Below, piece by piece: positions 14,139 to 27,072 of a stretch of 64,000 bases of DNA. Origin of the DNA: Podarcis cretensis. Taxonomy: Eukaryota. The stretch lies in assembly GCA_951804945.1 (NCBI GenBank), contig OX638154.1, forward strand, positions 53,010,001 through 53,074,000. Direction: 5' to 3'. How positions within the stretch are numbered: position 1 is the first letter of the stretch; every line of letters begins with the position of its first letter. Under the pieces are notes generated by a model that was not told where the DNA came from, searched no databases, and saw only the letters and a list, made by a program, of their open reading frames with translations. The translations under genes were made by a program, and so were the position numbers.

Positions 14139-14302
14139 GTGGAACAGACTTCCTTGGGAGGTTGTGGACTCTCCTTCCTTGGAGGTTTTTAAGTGGAGGT
14201 TGGATGCCCATCTGTCATGGATGCTTTAGCTGAGATTCCTGCACTGCATGGGGTTGGACTACTAGACGACCCTTGAGGGTCTCTTGCAGTTCTGTGAATC
14301 TG
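14139..14302 (+). mobile_element. CR1 LINE 3' fragment
   Basis: GACTCTCCTTCCTTGGAGGTTTTTAAG...GGGGTTGGACT...TTCTGTGA, typical of the CR1 3' end. Confidence 0.7.
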
Positions 14303-15200
14303 AAAAAAACAAAATTGATACATTTACACTTGACTGAGCGCTTCCCTCAGTATCTTTCCAGTTTGCTTAAAGATGGCAGGATGCACACATCTAATCTTTT
14401 TCTGCTCTGTTGAGACAATTAATGTTGGCATTTAAAGGTGATTGGTATGTATTCTTGAGTCATATTATATCTTAAAAACTATGCTAATGCATAGTTGGCT
14501 ACAATCACAGTAGAAAATTTGGTTGTGTTAAGGTTCAGATATTTAAAATTATGTGGCAACATAAACTTAGTTGAAGTACATACTTTAAAATGAATTTCAG
14601 GCTGCATGCATGATGGCATTTGGCCTTGCTCATCATTATTTATGCAGACCTTTGGTAGAGGGACCCTATGACTCCTATTGCGACTTCATACTCTGCAGTT
14701 CAACTTTGGTGGGTGGGGCCGCTTTCCTTTGCCCATGTTCGTACGGTAGTTTGAAATCAAAGAGTATGGGCGTAGCTTGCTTGCCTGAAATAACCTCTTG
14801 GGCTGAAGGCTCCCCCGTGCTGCAGAGTAGATACTGAAGGGTAAAAGTAGAGTTTACTTACTTGTACCCATGGAGTTTATAACTCAGCAGATACTGCTTA
14901 AATTAAAGCATGTGGAACATTTAACATCTGTTTTGTGTGCTACATCGATTGTGTTTTAAAAAAGTATTGAATATACAGATAGTGAAGGTTCTTTTTCTTT
15001 TGGTGCAAATACTGAGGTAATGAAATAGTTGTTCCTACAATATCTTGACAAACCTGCAGTAGTTCTGTTCAGTCCAGCACATTCTAAATTGTATTTTAAA
15101 TGTATGCTAAACTTTTGCTAATGGGTTTCCTCTTCTGGGGTGGGTCAATGTAAAAGCCACAGAACCTAACAAGTTCAAACTTTCTCCAGCTCCAGTCAGA

Positions 15201-17812
15201 ATGTCAGCAGGAGATGCTCACATTGGGAAGCCAGCCCCAGACTTTCTGGCCACGGCTGTAATGCCAGATGGGCAATTCAAAGAAATCACACTCTCTCAGT
15301 ACAAAGGTAAGTGCAATAAAGCATGTTGTATTTGTATTTGTTGGCAAGGGTTTACTGAGGTACTGATAAGTATGTGACATGTATAAAACCCTAACTTAAC
15401 TGTCTGGACTAACAACATAACCTTCTTTGATTCTGAAATGGAAGTTTTGTTGGCATTCACAAAAATGCATTGGATAGTATTGCAAATAAGTCCTCAGAAA
15501 GTTACTAACACATCTGCATGTAGGTACCCTATTCTGTTCTAGTATGTATGTTGTCCTTGCATGTGTCACTTCTGCTAGCTTGGAAGAAAATAGTTACGAC
15601 TTTTATTTGCAGCACTTCTTTTGTTTATTTGGAGATCAAGGAGAGAAGAGAGCATGGGTGGGAAACTTTCAGCCTACAATCCAAACTAGGCTCACTAGGC
15701 TGTCCTATATGTGACCTCAGGTGTGGCAGATGCCCAGGGAGTTCAATCCTGCTTTGTGATGTATACAGTGGTACCTCTGGTTATGTACTTAATTCGTTCA
15801 GGAGGTCCGTTCTTAACCTGAAAATGTTCTTAACCTGAAGCACCACTTTAGCTAATGGGGCCTCCCGCTGCCTCCACATTACCGCCGCCCAATTTCTGTT
15901 CTTATCCTGAAGCAAAGTTCTTAACCTGAGGTACTATTTCTGGGTTAGCGGAGTCTGTAACCTGAAGCATATGTAACCTGAAGCGTATGTAACCCGAGGT
16001 ACCACTGTATATCTCTCTCTTAGCCCTCCCTAGTCGTCCAACTCACCTGTCAAATCAACTGGTGGCAGTATGACATCAGATGACTGACAAGTAAGGTGAT
16101 CGTGTGCAAAGTTTGCTAGCCATGGTGGCAGAAGATAAACAACTGGCCTGCCATGCCAAAAAAGGCTCCTCACCTCTGGGGTAGAATGCCACAAAGCTGT
16201 TAATGTTTGGAATCAGAAATTTGTGACTTTTGAATTGCTTCCAGCTTTGCTGTGGTGGGAATCTTAACTTGTTACCTTCTTCTCCAGGGAAATATGTTGT
16301 GTTCTTTTTCTATCCACTTGACTTTACCTTTGTCTGCCCAACTGAGATCATTGCATTCAGTGACAGATCTGAGGAGTTTAGAAAAATCAACTGCGAAGTG
16401 ATTGGTGCTTCTGTCGACTCTCACTTTTGCCATCTTGCCTGGTAAGAATATTTGGACCTCAGCCTTTTTATTCTCTGGGGGTCTCCTACGTTAAAAGTTA
16501 TAAGCCTATTAAATGGGTGAAAGAAGTAGCTACCAACAAGTGACTATTGCCAGCTATTTCTCTCCCCCCCCAACCCATCCTCATGACCTGTGCAAGAGAG
16601 AGAAAACACCATCCTGCTCACAAATCAATTTGTGCTAGAAAGAGGGTTGGTTAAGGGTTTTTTGCCCACCCTTCACAATCCTGTTCTGATCCAGTCCTGT
16701 AGCTTTTTAAGTGTAGTCATCTTAAGTCCCTGAACTTGAGCAGCTTGACCCAATGAAGCTGCTTCTCTGGTAAGAACCATTATGGTAAGAACAACGTGGG
16801 TTTCCTTTATTGGATATTGTAAGAGCAGTGTGGAACCGGACCACTAGGAAGCTGTTCCCACACCACTCCAGTAACATGGATTGGGACTTATTCCAAACTA
16901 GTGCTTGAAACTAGACAGGAAGTTTTGGGTCACTGCCTCTTTTGCAAAGACCACTGAATCTCCTGTACTTTAGATATTCTGCTCCAGTCGAATGTGTAAG
17001 TGTACAGAAGGACAAGTATATTATTGAAATACTAACCTGCTTTATAAAATGCCTTTCTTCTTCTTGTTAACAGGATCAACACACCCAAAAAACAGGGTGG
17101 ACTAGGCTGCATGCGTATTCCCTTGGTGTCTGACACAAACCGTGAAATTTCTAAAAAGTATGGAGTATTAAAAGAAGATGAAGGCATTTCCTACAGGTAA
17201 GGTTACCACTGCAGCCTCTTAGTGACTTGTGGTATATAGAGCACTGCATGATAAAGGTTCTAAAAGATAAAACTTAATCAGAGGGAGAAGCCCACAGAAA
17301 ATAAGTGAATCAAGTTTTGAGTCAACATGCACACTTTACTAGCCCTGTTAATAAGGCTGCCCTTAATTATGAATGTCCTTTTCACTGGGAAGAGGAAAGT
17401 GAATGTGTGAATATGTGCAATCTCCATTTGGCATCTTCCCAGATCCGCTATCAGCACCTGGGTTGAAAAACACCAATTCAAATTTAAACTCCGTTCTTCA
17501 GAATAGTGCTAGTATCTTGTAACAAAAGTTTGAACATTCAAGTTAGAAGTCTCTTGAAGGGTGAAAGGTAAAGAGGCTGTACGTAGAAAGTTTTACCACA
17601 TTCCTTTATGAAATGTTCTATATAGGTTTTAGTGCTTGGAATTGCAAATGAGTCTCTCTATAGTTTTGCTTTTAATTTATATATAGTGTGGAAGTTGTAC
17701 CAGATCTTAAGAGAACTGGTTTTGCTGTTTTCAGAAGAACTAAAAGGGTACAGAACTTGGTATTGAATGCTAGCTTGTAGTTTTGTGTATTCTGCCACCA
17801 TACATTTAAGTG

Positions 17813-17850
<38 letters not shown>

Positions 17851-20137
17851 CTTCTCTCTTTAGGGGCCTCTTCATCATTGATGATAAGGGAATCTTGCGC
17901 CAGATCACAATCAATGATCTCCCTGTTGGTCGCTCAGTTGATGAAACACTCCGGCTAGTTCAGGCTTTTCAGTTTACAGACAAACATGGAGAAGGTAAGA
18001 CTGTCAAATTCAGGCTAGGCAAGCTTGAACTGCAGTACGTTTCTCAGTGAAAAAGGAGGATGCACTTAACAGTTCATAGCGTATCCTCTTCCCTGCAAAA
18101 GGGGATACTATGTTTAAGGAAACATAAATGTGAAAATCTAGGACTATACAGTGGTACCTTGGGTTACATACGCTTCAGGTTACATACGCTTCAGGTTACA
18201 GACTCTGTTAACCCAGAAATAGTGCTTCAGGTTAAAAACTTTGCTTCAGGTTCAGAACAGAAATCGTGCTCCGGCGGCGCGGCAGCAGCAGGGGGCCCCG
18301 TTAGCTAACCCAGGAATATTACCTCAGGTTAAGAACTTTGCTTCAGGATGAGAACAGAAATTGTGCAGCGGCGGCACAGAGGCAGCAGGAGGCCCCATTA
18401 GCTAAAGTGGTGCTTCAGGTTAAGAACAGTTTCAGGTTAAGAACGGACCTCTGGAACGAATTAAGTACTTAACCCGAGGTACCACTGTAGTTCTCTAAAA
18501 CAGTATCTCATTGATAAAAATCCAGTTCCTGAGTAGCATTTTGTATGGCTAAAAAAAAGTCCAGGAATAGGTAAATAGAAATAGGCTTTTAAGAGTCTCT
18601 GTGGTTTCTAGCCATATCTACAGGACAAATAAGAGATAGTATTGACAGCTGGTGGAGGGGCAGAACATCTTTCCACCGAGAAACTAGAGTCATAGAATCA
18701 TAGAGTTGGAAGAGACCACAAGGGCCATCGAGTCCAACCCCCTGCCAAGCAGGAAACACCATCAGAGCACTCCTGACATATGGTTGTCAAGCCTCTGCTT
18801 AAAGACCTCCAAAGAAGGAGACTCCACCACACTCCTTGGCAGCAAATTCCACTGTCGAACAGCTCTTACTGTCAGGAGGTAGACAGCAACTACTGTCCCT
18901 GTAAAGACAGTATCCCATATACACAGTAGCATTTTTCCACATAAGTGAGTAGCTCCCATTCATTCCCATGGCGTTTGGGGGCTGCTGTGTTAGAGAAAGC
19001 ATTGGCACCTCACATTATTTGCTTGTCTTCTCTGTGGGATCCTTGTTGAGGCCATTTCCTACAGAACATACCATATTTTTCCGTCCATAAGACACCCCCA
19101 TGTATTTTTGCAGCAACAACCAATCGCTAGTCCAACCTCAACACTATCCATGTATAAGACGCCCCCTAATTTTTCACATCATTTTTTAGGGAAAAAACGT
19201 AGACTCAGGGCACAACATGCATCCTTTTCTTCCCTACTGCCAACAAATAAATGTCAGTTATAGCTCATATATATTACTATTCTGCCACATTGCCACAATA
19301 TTGTGATATTCGCAGGCTCCCTTGCAAAGGTTTGTTTCCAGGTGGGCACTAAGGGCATTCCTCCTTTATCACTGAATCAAGACTTTTCTTAAAAGACCTG
19401 CATCAACCACCTATTTACTTACAGAAAGCAATATATTCTTAGTCAGTGAGATATATTTACATTAGACTCTACCCTGACCAGAACAATTAAAACAGAAACA
19501 TGTATTTACTTAAGGAACATAACGTCCAGGACTGTGTACAGACTGTTCTAACTTTCATAATGTCTATCCTTTTCTACATATGCCTCTCATTGGCTCGCTA
19601 AACTCATTCCCATTTCATTCAGTCCCTCAAAGGGACTCTTTCAGCTGTTACTTTTCAATGGACACACAATCCTAGTCTTTCGCTCTCAACTCTGGCCCAT
19701 ATTCCATCCAACCTCCCTGCTCTCAGTCATTATTTCAGTCTTCTGTTGCTGTCAGGCATTTATTTGGCTAGTAATTTATATGCATAAACTGTGAATCGCT
19801 TTGGTTTTTCCAAGAGGCGGCTGTCCTGTACAACTCAGGTACACAATTGCATCAAGAAGCCCTTCTGTAGGAGAGGTGGGGTGGTGACTGCTGCTAGTTC
19901 CAGCAGTTAGTCAAATAGATGACGGAGCTTGTAGTGATCCAAGTCATCTTGTGTGAAGTCTAGTGATGGACATAACAACTTAGTTCTTTGTATGCTGTTT
20001 TCGGTCTGTACTCCTGGAGTAACTTAAAAGTTAATATTATTATCTCCTCAGTGTGTCCTGCTGGCTGGCATCCTGGGAAAGACACTATCAAGCCTGATGT
20101 TCAGAAGAGTAGAGAGTACTTCTCCAAGCAGAACTAA
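15201..20137 (+). CDS. PRDX1: Peroxiredoxin-1 (typical 2-Cys Prx), 199 aa; coding exons 15201-15306, 16288-16441, 17074-17196, 17864-17994, 20052-20137
   Basis: Exons of 106+154+123+131+86 = 600 nt, all GT-AG. Peroxidatic [19 protein letters not shown], resolving GEVCPAGW and C-terminal EYFSKQN motifs present. AATAAA at ~20238. Confidence 0.97.
15766..16007. mobile_element. Tigger/pogo-like MITE (same family as 4223)
   Basis: CAGTGGTACCTC...GAGGTACCACTG with TA TSD. Confidence 0.88.
17816..17849 (+). repeat. (TG)n microsatellite abutting the PRDX1 acceptor at 17863
   Basis: About 17 TG units directly before CCTTCTCTCTTTAG. Confidence 0.95.
18149..18487. mobile_element. Tigger/pogo-like MITE with an internal duplication
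   Basis: Same TIRs with TA TSD; the internal ACTTTGCTTCAGG...AACAGAAAT...TTAGCTAA block occurs twice. Confidence 0.86.
18689..18877 (-). mobile_element. CR1 LINE 3' fragment
   Basis: Encodes the CR1 ORF2 C-terminal-like [35 protein letters not shown], followed by an (ATTCTATG)n tail. Confidence 0.88.
19071..19202. mobile_element. Truncated Tc2-like MITE
   Basis: TA|CCATATTTTTCCGTCCATAAGACAC end resembles the 51540 element. Confidence 0.5.
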
Positions 20138-22084
20138 ATGTGCTGTGTGATTGTTGTTGTTTTTTGTACAAGGCATCTATTCTGTAACCTGTAAAAGTAA
20201 AAGCAGACCTGTACTTGTCATTCCCTTTATTTTTAATAATAAAATTATTGTGAGCTAACTGGTTTATAGTTCAGATGCCATTTATTCTGGATCAATCCAA
20301 TGTATGTTACTAGGACAGCTTTGGAGTAAATGGATTATGAACTGAAAAACTGGTCAGTACTTAATAGCTATTGTTAATAGTATATGTCCTTTTGATCAGA
20401 ACCAGGAAAGGGAAATTGCTCCTTGTGCTAGTGTGGATAAAAAGGACCAGTACCATGTATATGATTGGCCCAGGGATGCATGTAGAACAGTCGGTTTTTC
20501 TGATGTTTTGTACTGTCATTAAACTCGGGGGAAATCGGAATCCTATGTCTCTAATTAATTGAGTGATCTCAGTATAGCAGGAACATGCAATAGCTCTTCT
20601 GAAAGGGCATTATTTCTGTTAGAAAGCTTATCTTTGTACTCCTTTGAGGGGAGATGGTATTTCTGAGCTGGGTGTGAAAAGATAATTCAACGTGTAAAAA
20701 ACCCTAAGCTTTATGCAACCCCTGCTACATAGATTTTGTTAACCATGTTGCCAAACCCTTTTAGCCATGTAACAGATGCTGCAGCCTTCAGTCTAATAAC
20801 TCATGACTTACAGATTTTCACTATCCAAAACCTGAATGGCAAGCCCAAAATCATCGATTGATCTTAGTCCTTGCATAGTCCTAATTGCCTTCCTATCAGT
20901 ACTGGCTCTGATAAGGTCCTTTCCCTCTCACAACGTTTTGGTACTTACGCAGTTCTGGAATTTCTCTACATTATTTATTTTCTGTTTTCAAGTGTATGAA
21001 CTGCCAAGTCATAGAAAAAAATCATGGCAGTATACAGTACAATAAAACAACATAAAATACAAATCAAATTACCAACAAGGAATCAAATAAATCATCTAAA
21101 AATGACTGAAGAAAGCAACTTTTATCGGTGGCAAATTATCAAAGTGGTAATTCTTGAAACAATGTTCCAGAGCACCTGTGCTGCTATGTTAAATGTTGGT
21201 TCCTGTAGAAACTTAATCTATGTCAGGAGGGCTTCAGAAGAGTGCTGTGATCTGGCCGGTTTATAAGGGATAAAGTGGTCATTTAGGTAACGTAGATGTT
21301 TAGAAGCATTGGGGATATGATGGTACCGTGAGAGACCCAATAGTAAAAATTCCAGGGGTTTATAGTCCTCCAGAGTCATTCTCTGAAAGGTCCTGCAGAA
21401 AGGAACAGAACCAGTGAAGTAAAGTGCCACAAATCCCCACCCAACACTGTTGGTCCAAGTGGGTACCTTGATTGTTGTCAAAAAAGAGTGAGCTGCGGGG
21501 TCACACTCTCCTGTGATCAAGGTCATCCATCAGGACCACTAATGCTGACTAGGTCCCAAAACAACCTGAAGCCAGACTGAGGTAGCTCAAGATTACATGT
21601 TTCACACCTGTGCTCAGTAAATTGGAGGATCAACATACTTCCCAGAAATCTGAAAGGAATAAATATATGATATATAATTTGATAAAATAGCATCTTAAAA
21701 GCAAACTTCCTGTTCTTGTCCAAGCATTAGAATACAAAAGAGCTGCCAAAAGTGCTTGATCTTGAGAAGCCATTCAGGTTGAAGAACATCCTGCAATTTA
21801 GGGCATATCCTGAGGAAGCGGGAAACAGTACTTGCTGCACTAACTGATAGAACCCACAATGTGGCACTGCCACCTAACATTAGGAAATATCCCCACAAGG
21901 CACTATATTAAAAGGACTTGATTTCCTAAGATTGCAGAGCATCCATTGAGATGGTGATATTCAAATACCTCCTATAGCTGGGATCCTCTCTTAAATTGAT
22001 AGCGTCAAGTGGATTAATGCAGTAAGGATTACTAGCAGACTTCTGGTTAATTCAAAGTACATTCTTCTGAGGCAGTGCCTTCAC

Positions 22085-22566
22085 TTTATCCCCCTTGCCC
22101 TGCTTCCATGGGTGCCTCTAAGAGGACTGGCTGGAATGGGCTGGCACACACCCAAGACTTCTGTAGCTGTTTTCTATTTTCTGTGAGCTTTGTACCCAGG
22201 GCTGAGTGTTCTTTGGCTCTCCTTTCCTTCTGATTCTCCATGTTTGGTATCCTCACTTGCCGTCATACTAGTCTTTGCTGTGTTACACACCTGTGAAGGT
22301 AATAATAGGCATCTGGTGTATCACACAGACAAACAGAATTAACGGCTAGAAAAATTAGAGGGGAGCTAACAAAGGCAGTTGCTATTTCTTCTTGTGTACA
22401 AGGAGTAAGATTAGTGAGGATTAGGAATCAGAAGAGCTTCATACTTCTGTACCAAGAACAATTGCCACATTGATCCTTGCATGTGGAGCGCACAACTTTT
22501 CAACATCATTATGATATTGGCAGATAACACTGTAGATTATGGATGTAGAAATCTAGCTTACCACAC
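22085..22566 (-). pseudogene. Decayed partial tandem duplicate of SELENOP2 (copies of the last two exons at ~22445-22566 and ~22085-22290)
   Basis: 22445-22566 gives CGKLDFYI...VE..VVRSTCKDQCGNCSWY, with frameshifts and a stop, versus CSRLAFHI...VEAAVRYTHSKDYCGNCSWY. 22290 starts after the same acceptor TTACCTTCACAG and gives VCNTAKTSMTASE versus VNKTASTNVTTTE. An intronic block is also shared (22375-22404 vs 28519-28545). Confidence 0.8.
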
Positions 22567-24454
22567 CTCCAAAGCACGTGAAGATAAGCAGGATAAGAAC
22601 TGGTGCCACAAAACCTGGAGATTAATCATGATGCTTTTAAAAATTATATGTTGTAAGCTGTTCTTAAAACTTTTTTTGTAGGTGTGGGATTTAAAATTGC
22701 AGAAAGTTGCCATTAAAGTTGCAGCAACCCATACCTAAAACAAAAATAAAATATTTAGATGTGCTGGAGAAGACTGTTCTTATTTTTAGGAAATGGCCTG
22801 TTGAGTTTTGAGCTCACAGCTAGTTTTCAAATGTATTTCATGCAAAAATAGAATCATATACATTAGAGTGAAGTAATTATTCTTACTGTATTTTATGAAG
22901 CTCTACCAATATTTTGTAGAAGCTATACAATATAAAACCTACATATTCATGAGAGAACTTCTGAGTTGTCGGTAGAAATATTGTTTAAAATGATGATTTG
23001 AAATAATTTCTTAAACTTTTCTGAGCTCCTCATTATAAAATGAATATCACTGTAAACCAGAAGCATACTGCTTTGAATTATTTGATAAATGAGTTTTATA
23101 CTTGGGAATTACATGTGAGGACTCTTATTTATACAACAGATGGTGAAAGATTCAAAGCACAATCCCATGCATTCGTATCCAGAAGAAAATCCTAGTGATT
23201 TCAGTGTGCATGTAAGATTTTAATCAGTATGTAGAAGATTGCAAACTTAATGAATACTCAAACATGGCCTATCTATAGGGAATGACTCTTAAATAAGTTT
23301 TAGAAACTCATTAGCATGTTGGATTTTATATTGTATCACTTATGTAAATACTCCTGAATACTATATGAACATAACATTCCAATGGAAGCAATTATTCTAC
23401 ATGCGTAAACTTTAAATGTGCCAGACCATTTTCTATAAACGAGTTTCTACTGCACTGTTAGACATTTTAATTGAATAATGAAGCCAGTTAGCAAAACCCC
23501 TCTGAATTGGCTAGATAGGCTTTTGTTTCTTTTTACTTCACTGCCCAACAGGGGAAAGTGGATTGGGCAGGGAAAGGGTACTTAAGAGGCATTAAAGCAT
23601 ATTTACCCCTCAGCTGCCTCCTCCGTTGCTGATTAAAGTCTAATGCTGTCCCACTTTTGAGGCTTCCAACAGAAGTACTACATCTCCTAAATGCAGCCCA
23701 TAGTGTGAATTCCATGGAGAAATAGACATGGACACAGCCTCTCCTTCCCTCCTCATCTCTCTCTCTCACTCACTTACACACACACACACACACACCATTC
23801 TGCTTTTCATTCTTTCGCTGATCCCTCAGATGAACAGGGTTAAAGGGCCTCTAGAGCAAATGACAATGTTAAGTAGAAGATAAAAAAGCTGTACAGATGT
23901 TTACACAACCTCATGGTCCTTGGTGCTAGTCAAGTAAGAGACAAGCTTATGGGTGCAAATGCAGGGGGAATTGTAAACAGAGCATACATGAAGGGAGGAA
24001 GGAGGACTGTTCCTCACAGACTGTAGCCTAGCAAATTTTATCACTCCTTTCTCTGTGTGCTATACTACCCACCGTGTAGACTCGTGTAGGTTTGATTTTT
24101 AAGGCAAATAATCAGAAGGGTAAGAGGATCCGAACCCTCCTTCCACTCAGTACTTAATTTTCCATAGTTCCCTGCCAAAACGCTTCTCATCCAGTCAAAG
24201 TCACTTCCAATATCCATGGAGAAAAATTATTGGAGGGGAAGATGTTAACATCAATAATATTGTTACTGCTTCCCTCTGGAGAGCTTTAACAATAAAAATC
24301 TGTGGGAAAGGCTTTGCTGTTCTACCAGTTCTACCCTAAATGCTAAGGCTCCTTTAACTGAGTATCTATTTGATTTGATTCTGTAATCAAGCAGTCAAAC
24401 AAAACCCTAATGCGATTTAGTGCCAAGGCAAAATACATGTAATACTAAAAATAG

Positions 24455-24580
24455 TTTTATTATTTGCACCCCACCCATCTGACTGGGTTGCCCCAGCCAC
24501 TCTGGGCTGCTTCCAACATATATAAAAACATAATTAAACATTACAAAACTTCCCTATGCAGGGCGGCCTTCAGATGTCTT
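24455..24580 (-). mobile_element. LINE (L2-like) 3' fragment
   Basis: Reverse complement of the AAGCCACCCAGAGTGGCTGGGG tail seen at 43078-43120. Confidence 0.65.
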
Positions 24581-26666
24581 CTTTTTCCATTCGCAATGGG
24601 ATTGCATCCTCCACCATGCCTGAGGGCAGCAGGGGAGGCTGTGTGTGGCACAGGCAATTCTCTTCCAACATCTTGCCTCCACTTTTATCCCCCTAGCATC
24701 TACCACCTGAGGTGGCTGCTTCACTCTGCCCAATGTTAGGGCCAGCCTTGTCCATCAAAAAAAGACTACGCCTGCAATGCTATAGCCACATACTTGGCAG
24801 TAAGTGCCATAGAACTCAAATGAGGCTTTATTCTGAGTAGGCATAAACAGGCAAACTATAAGAGATTTTCTGGCTGCTGCAATCAGAGAGGCCAGTTTAA
24901 AGAGGATCTTTAGCAAATATTTGACCTGCATGTTAGATGAGATTAGCATTAAACATGATAATAATAGTCTTGCTCCAGTTTTGCTGTGAACCTGTGGACT
25001 CTGCTGCAAATGTAAGCAAACAGGACATGACGCAAAGGAGTTTAGTTTGGATAATGGGAGCTGTGGGCTGGGGCAGAGGGCATCAGGAAAGCTGGATCAG
25101 AGCCCAAGGCCAGCATTAGGTAGGAATGTTGTTGTCCTAAGCAAAACATAATTTTGACCAACTTTTTTTAGCACTGGTACTACTGAAGATTTTTTCTTTG
25201 GTAATTAATAGTATGTAATACTGTACATAGAAATAAAGGGAAGAGATTGTAAATATAATTGGAATGTTAAAAAAAACCAAAATAAGCCAGCCATATAATT
25301 ACTTTGGTTGGTACAAAACTATCAGCAAGAAAATATTCTCTTAACAATTATGACCTAGCTGTTGTAGATTGGGCCTCTACAGATTTCTGGGGGGCAGGGA
25401 TGGTTTCAGCTAGGTATTTACATAAGTAGGAAATGAACTAAAGGAACATAAAAAGGGAATGGAACAGCATGTGGGAAGGACAGCTAAATCTTTGCATGTC
25501 AGTTGGGCAAGTAATCAAATATTACACCAGATCATAGCAGCTACCATACGGCTGCACGGTGGGGTGGGGATATTTTTGTTTGTTACTACGTTATGTATTG
25601 TGGAGAGCAAGATTGCTAAGAACATTAAACTAGTTGTTAAGCAACTAAGGCTGCAAGTTGAATCACAGTTGCGAGCATTTTATTTAGAGTCCATTGTGCT
25701 GGTTATGCCCTGGGTGAAGGCGATTACTTATACGACATATTACCAAAAGCTATAAATTATGTTATAGCTCTAATACATGTATGTTAAGAGTAGCCAGCAT
25801 GTACAGATATCAGGAGAGTTTTGATATACACAAGGGGATAAATAAATCTGCAGTAAGTATGCTGTTTACACCAAAGGTGGGTTGTTAACTATAAGCACCT
25901 GACAGCCTAATGCCCTTTTATTGCTTTGCAGAATTTCAAAGGCTGCCTTCTTCCACAAGAACCTCCTGAACTACTAATATTATACCAGGAGGCCCTTCTT
26001 CAGATCTCCCCACTTTCAGGGACTCTGATTGGGTCTTTCCAGCTATACTGCCCTATCTTTCCTAGAAAAGCTTGCCTGACACCAGCAGCAAGCCTAATGA
26101 ATATCTGGGGCCAGGTGAAGAACTGTTTTATTTCCCCAAAACTTCAAGGTATTGTGTTTTAAATATTATTTTAATCTCATCCTTTCTACTGCTACTGTTC
26201 TGTGCTGCTTTTTTTGTATGTATTGTTATTGTTTTTTTCTTTAACCAGCTAACACATAAGGGCACACACCCTGGGCTGTCATGGAATCTTATGATGTTAA
26301 GTGTATCCTATACTAACTAGGGTTACTTTGGAATAAACAGATTTTAGGTGGATACATATCAGCATTAACAATACAATAAAGACAGATTACACCCTCCCGT
26401 AAATATTTGTAGCAGTAGCTTCCTAAAACTGGGATGTGGAGGACTTGTACAGTGTGCACCCATTCACTGACCTTCAACAAATAACAGGAACCTGGACTAT
26501 TCTCAATAAGGACTGCTTAGTATGCCATAAATGCAGATAAACTATGGGGCATCTCTTAAATGTTGAAGGTGAATACGTGTTCTACAATGCTGGGTACTGT
26601 CTGAAATAAATGACACCATTTGTACATTAAGGTATTGTGAGCAAAGACTTCAAACATTTCAGAGAA

Positions 26667-26672
26667 TTTATT
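26667..26672 (-). terminator. Candidate SELENOP2 polyadenylation signal AATAAA
   Basis: Minus-strand AATAAA ~400 nt after the SECIS. Confidence 0.5.
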
Positions 26673-27072
26673 TCCAACATTCTTCCCCAGAAACAGTTAT
26701 ACTACTTTTAATCAGCAAGCAGTGCATCCCTTTCCATGAATTTTCCTGATAAATGGCATTTTCTTCCCTTGTTCAGCTCTCATAGCACTGACAAACTCAA
26801 CTCTCACCTCAGACTTCTCTGTCTTTCGTACCTCTATCAACATACCTATAAACTTGGCTAATTCTGTCTCACCACTTTCATTCCTACAAACCGCAAATGT
26901 TCTTTACTTCCAGCAACACAACAAATGTCATTTTACAAGCTAGTAATTTGTGTGCATGGACTTTAATGTACAAAATCTTGAGCCCCAGGCTCAAAGTCAG
27001 CCTTCTCTGCCACAGTCAGTCACCCTCCTGCTAATACCAGATCTGATCCCCATCCTTCCATCTCCAAGGACA

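Noticed and set aside
20820-20860. AUGA-containing hairpin on the minus strand
   Set aside because: It is mostly G-U pairs with no apical AA, so it is not a credible SECIS.
21345-21385. Second SECIS candidate (AUGACUCUGGAGGACUAUAAACCCCUGGA)
   Set aside because: Helix II is too short and there is no properly placed 3' GA.
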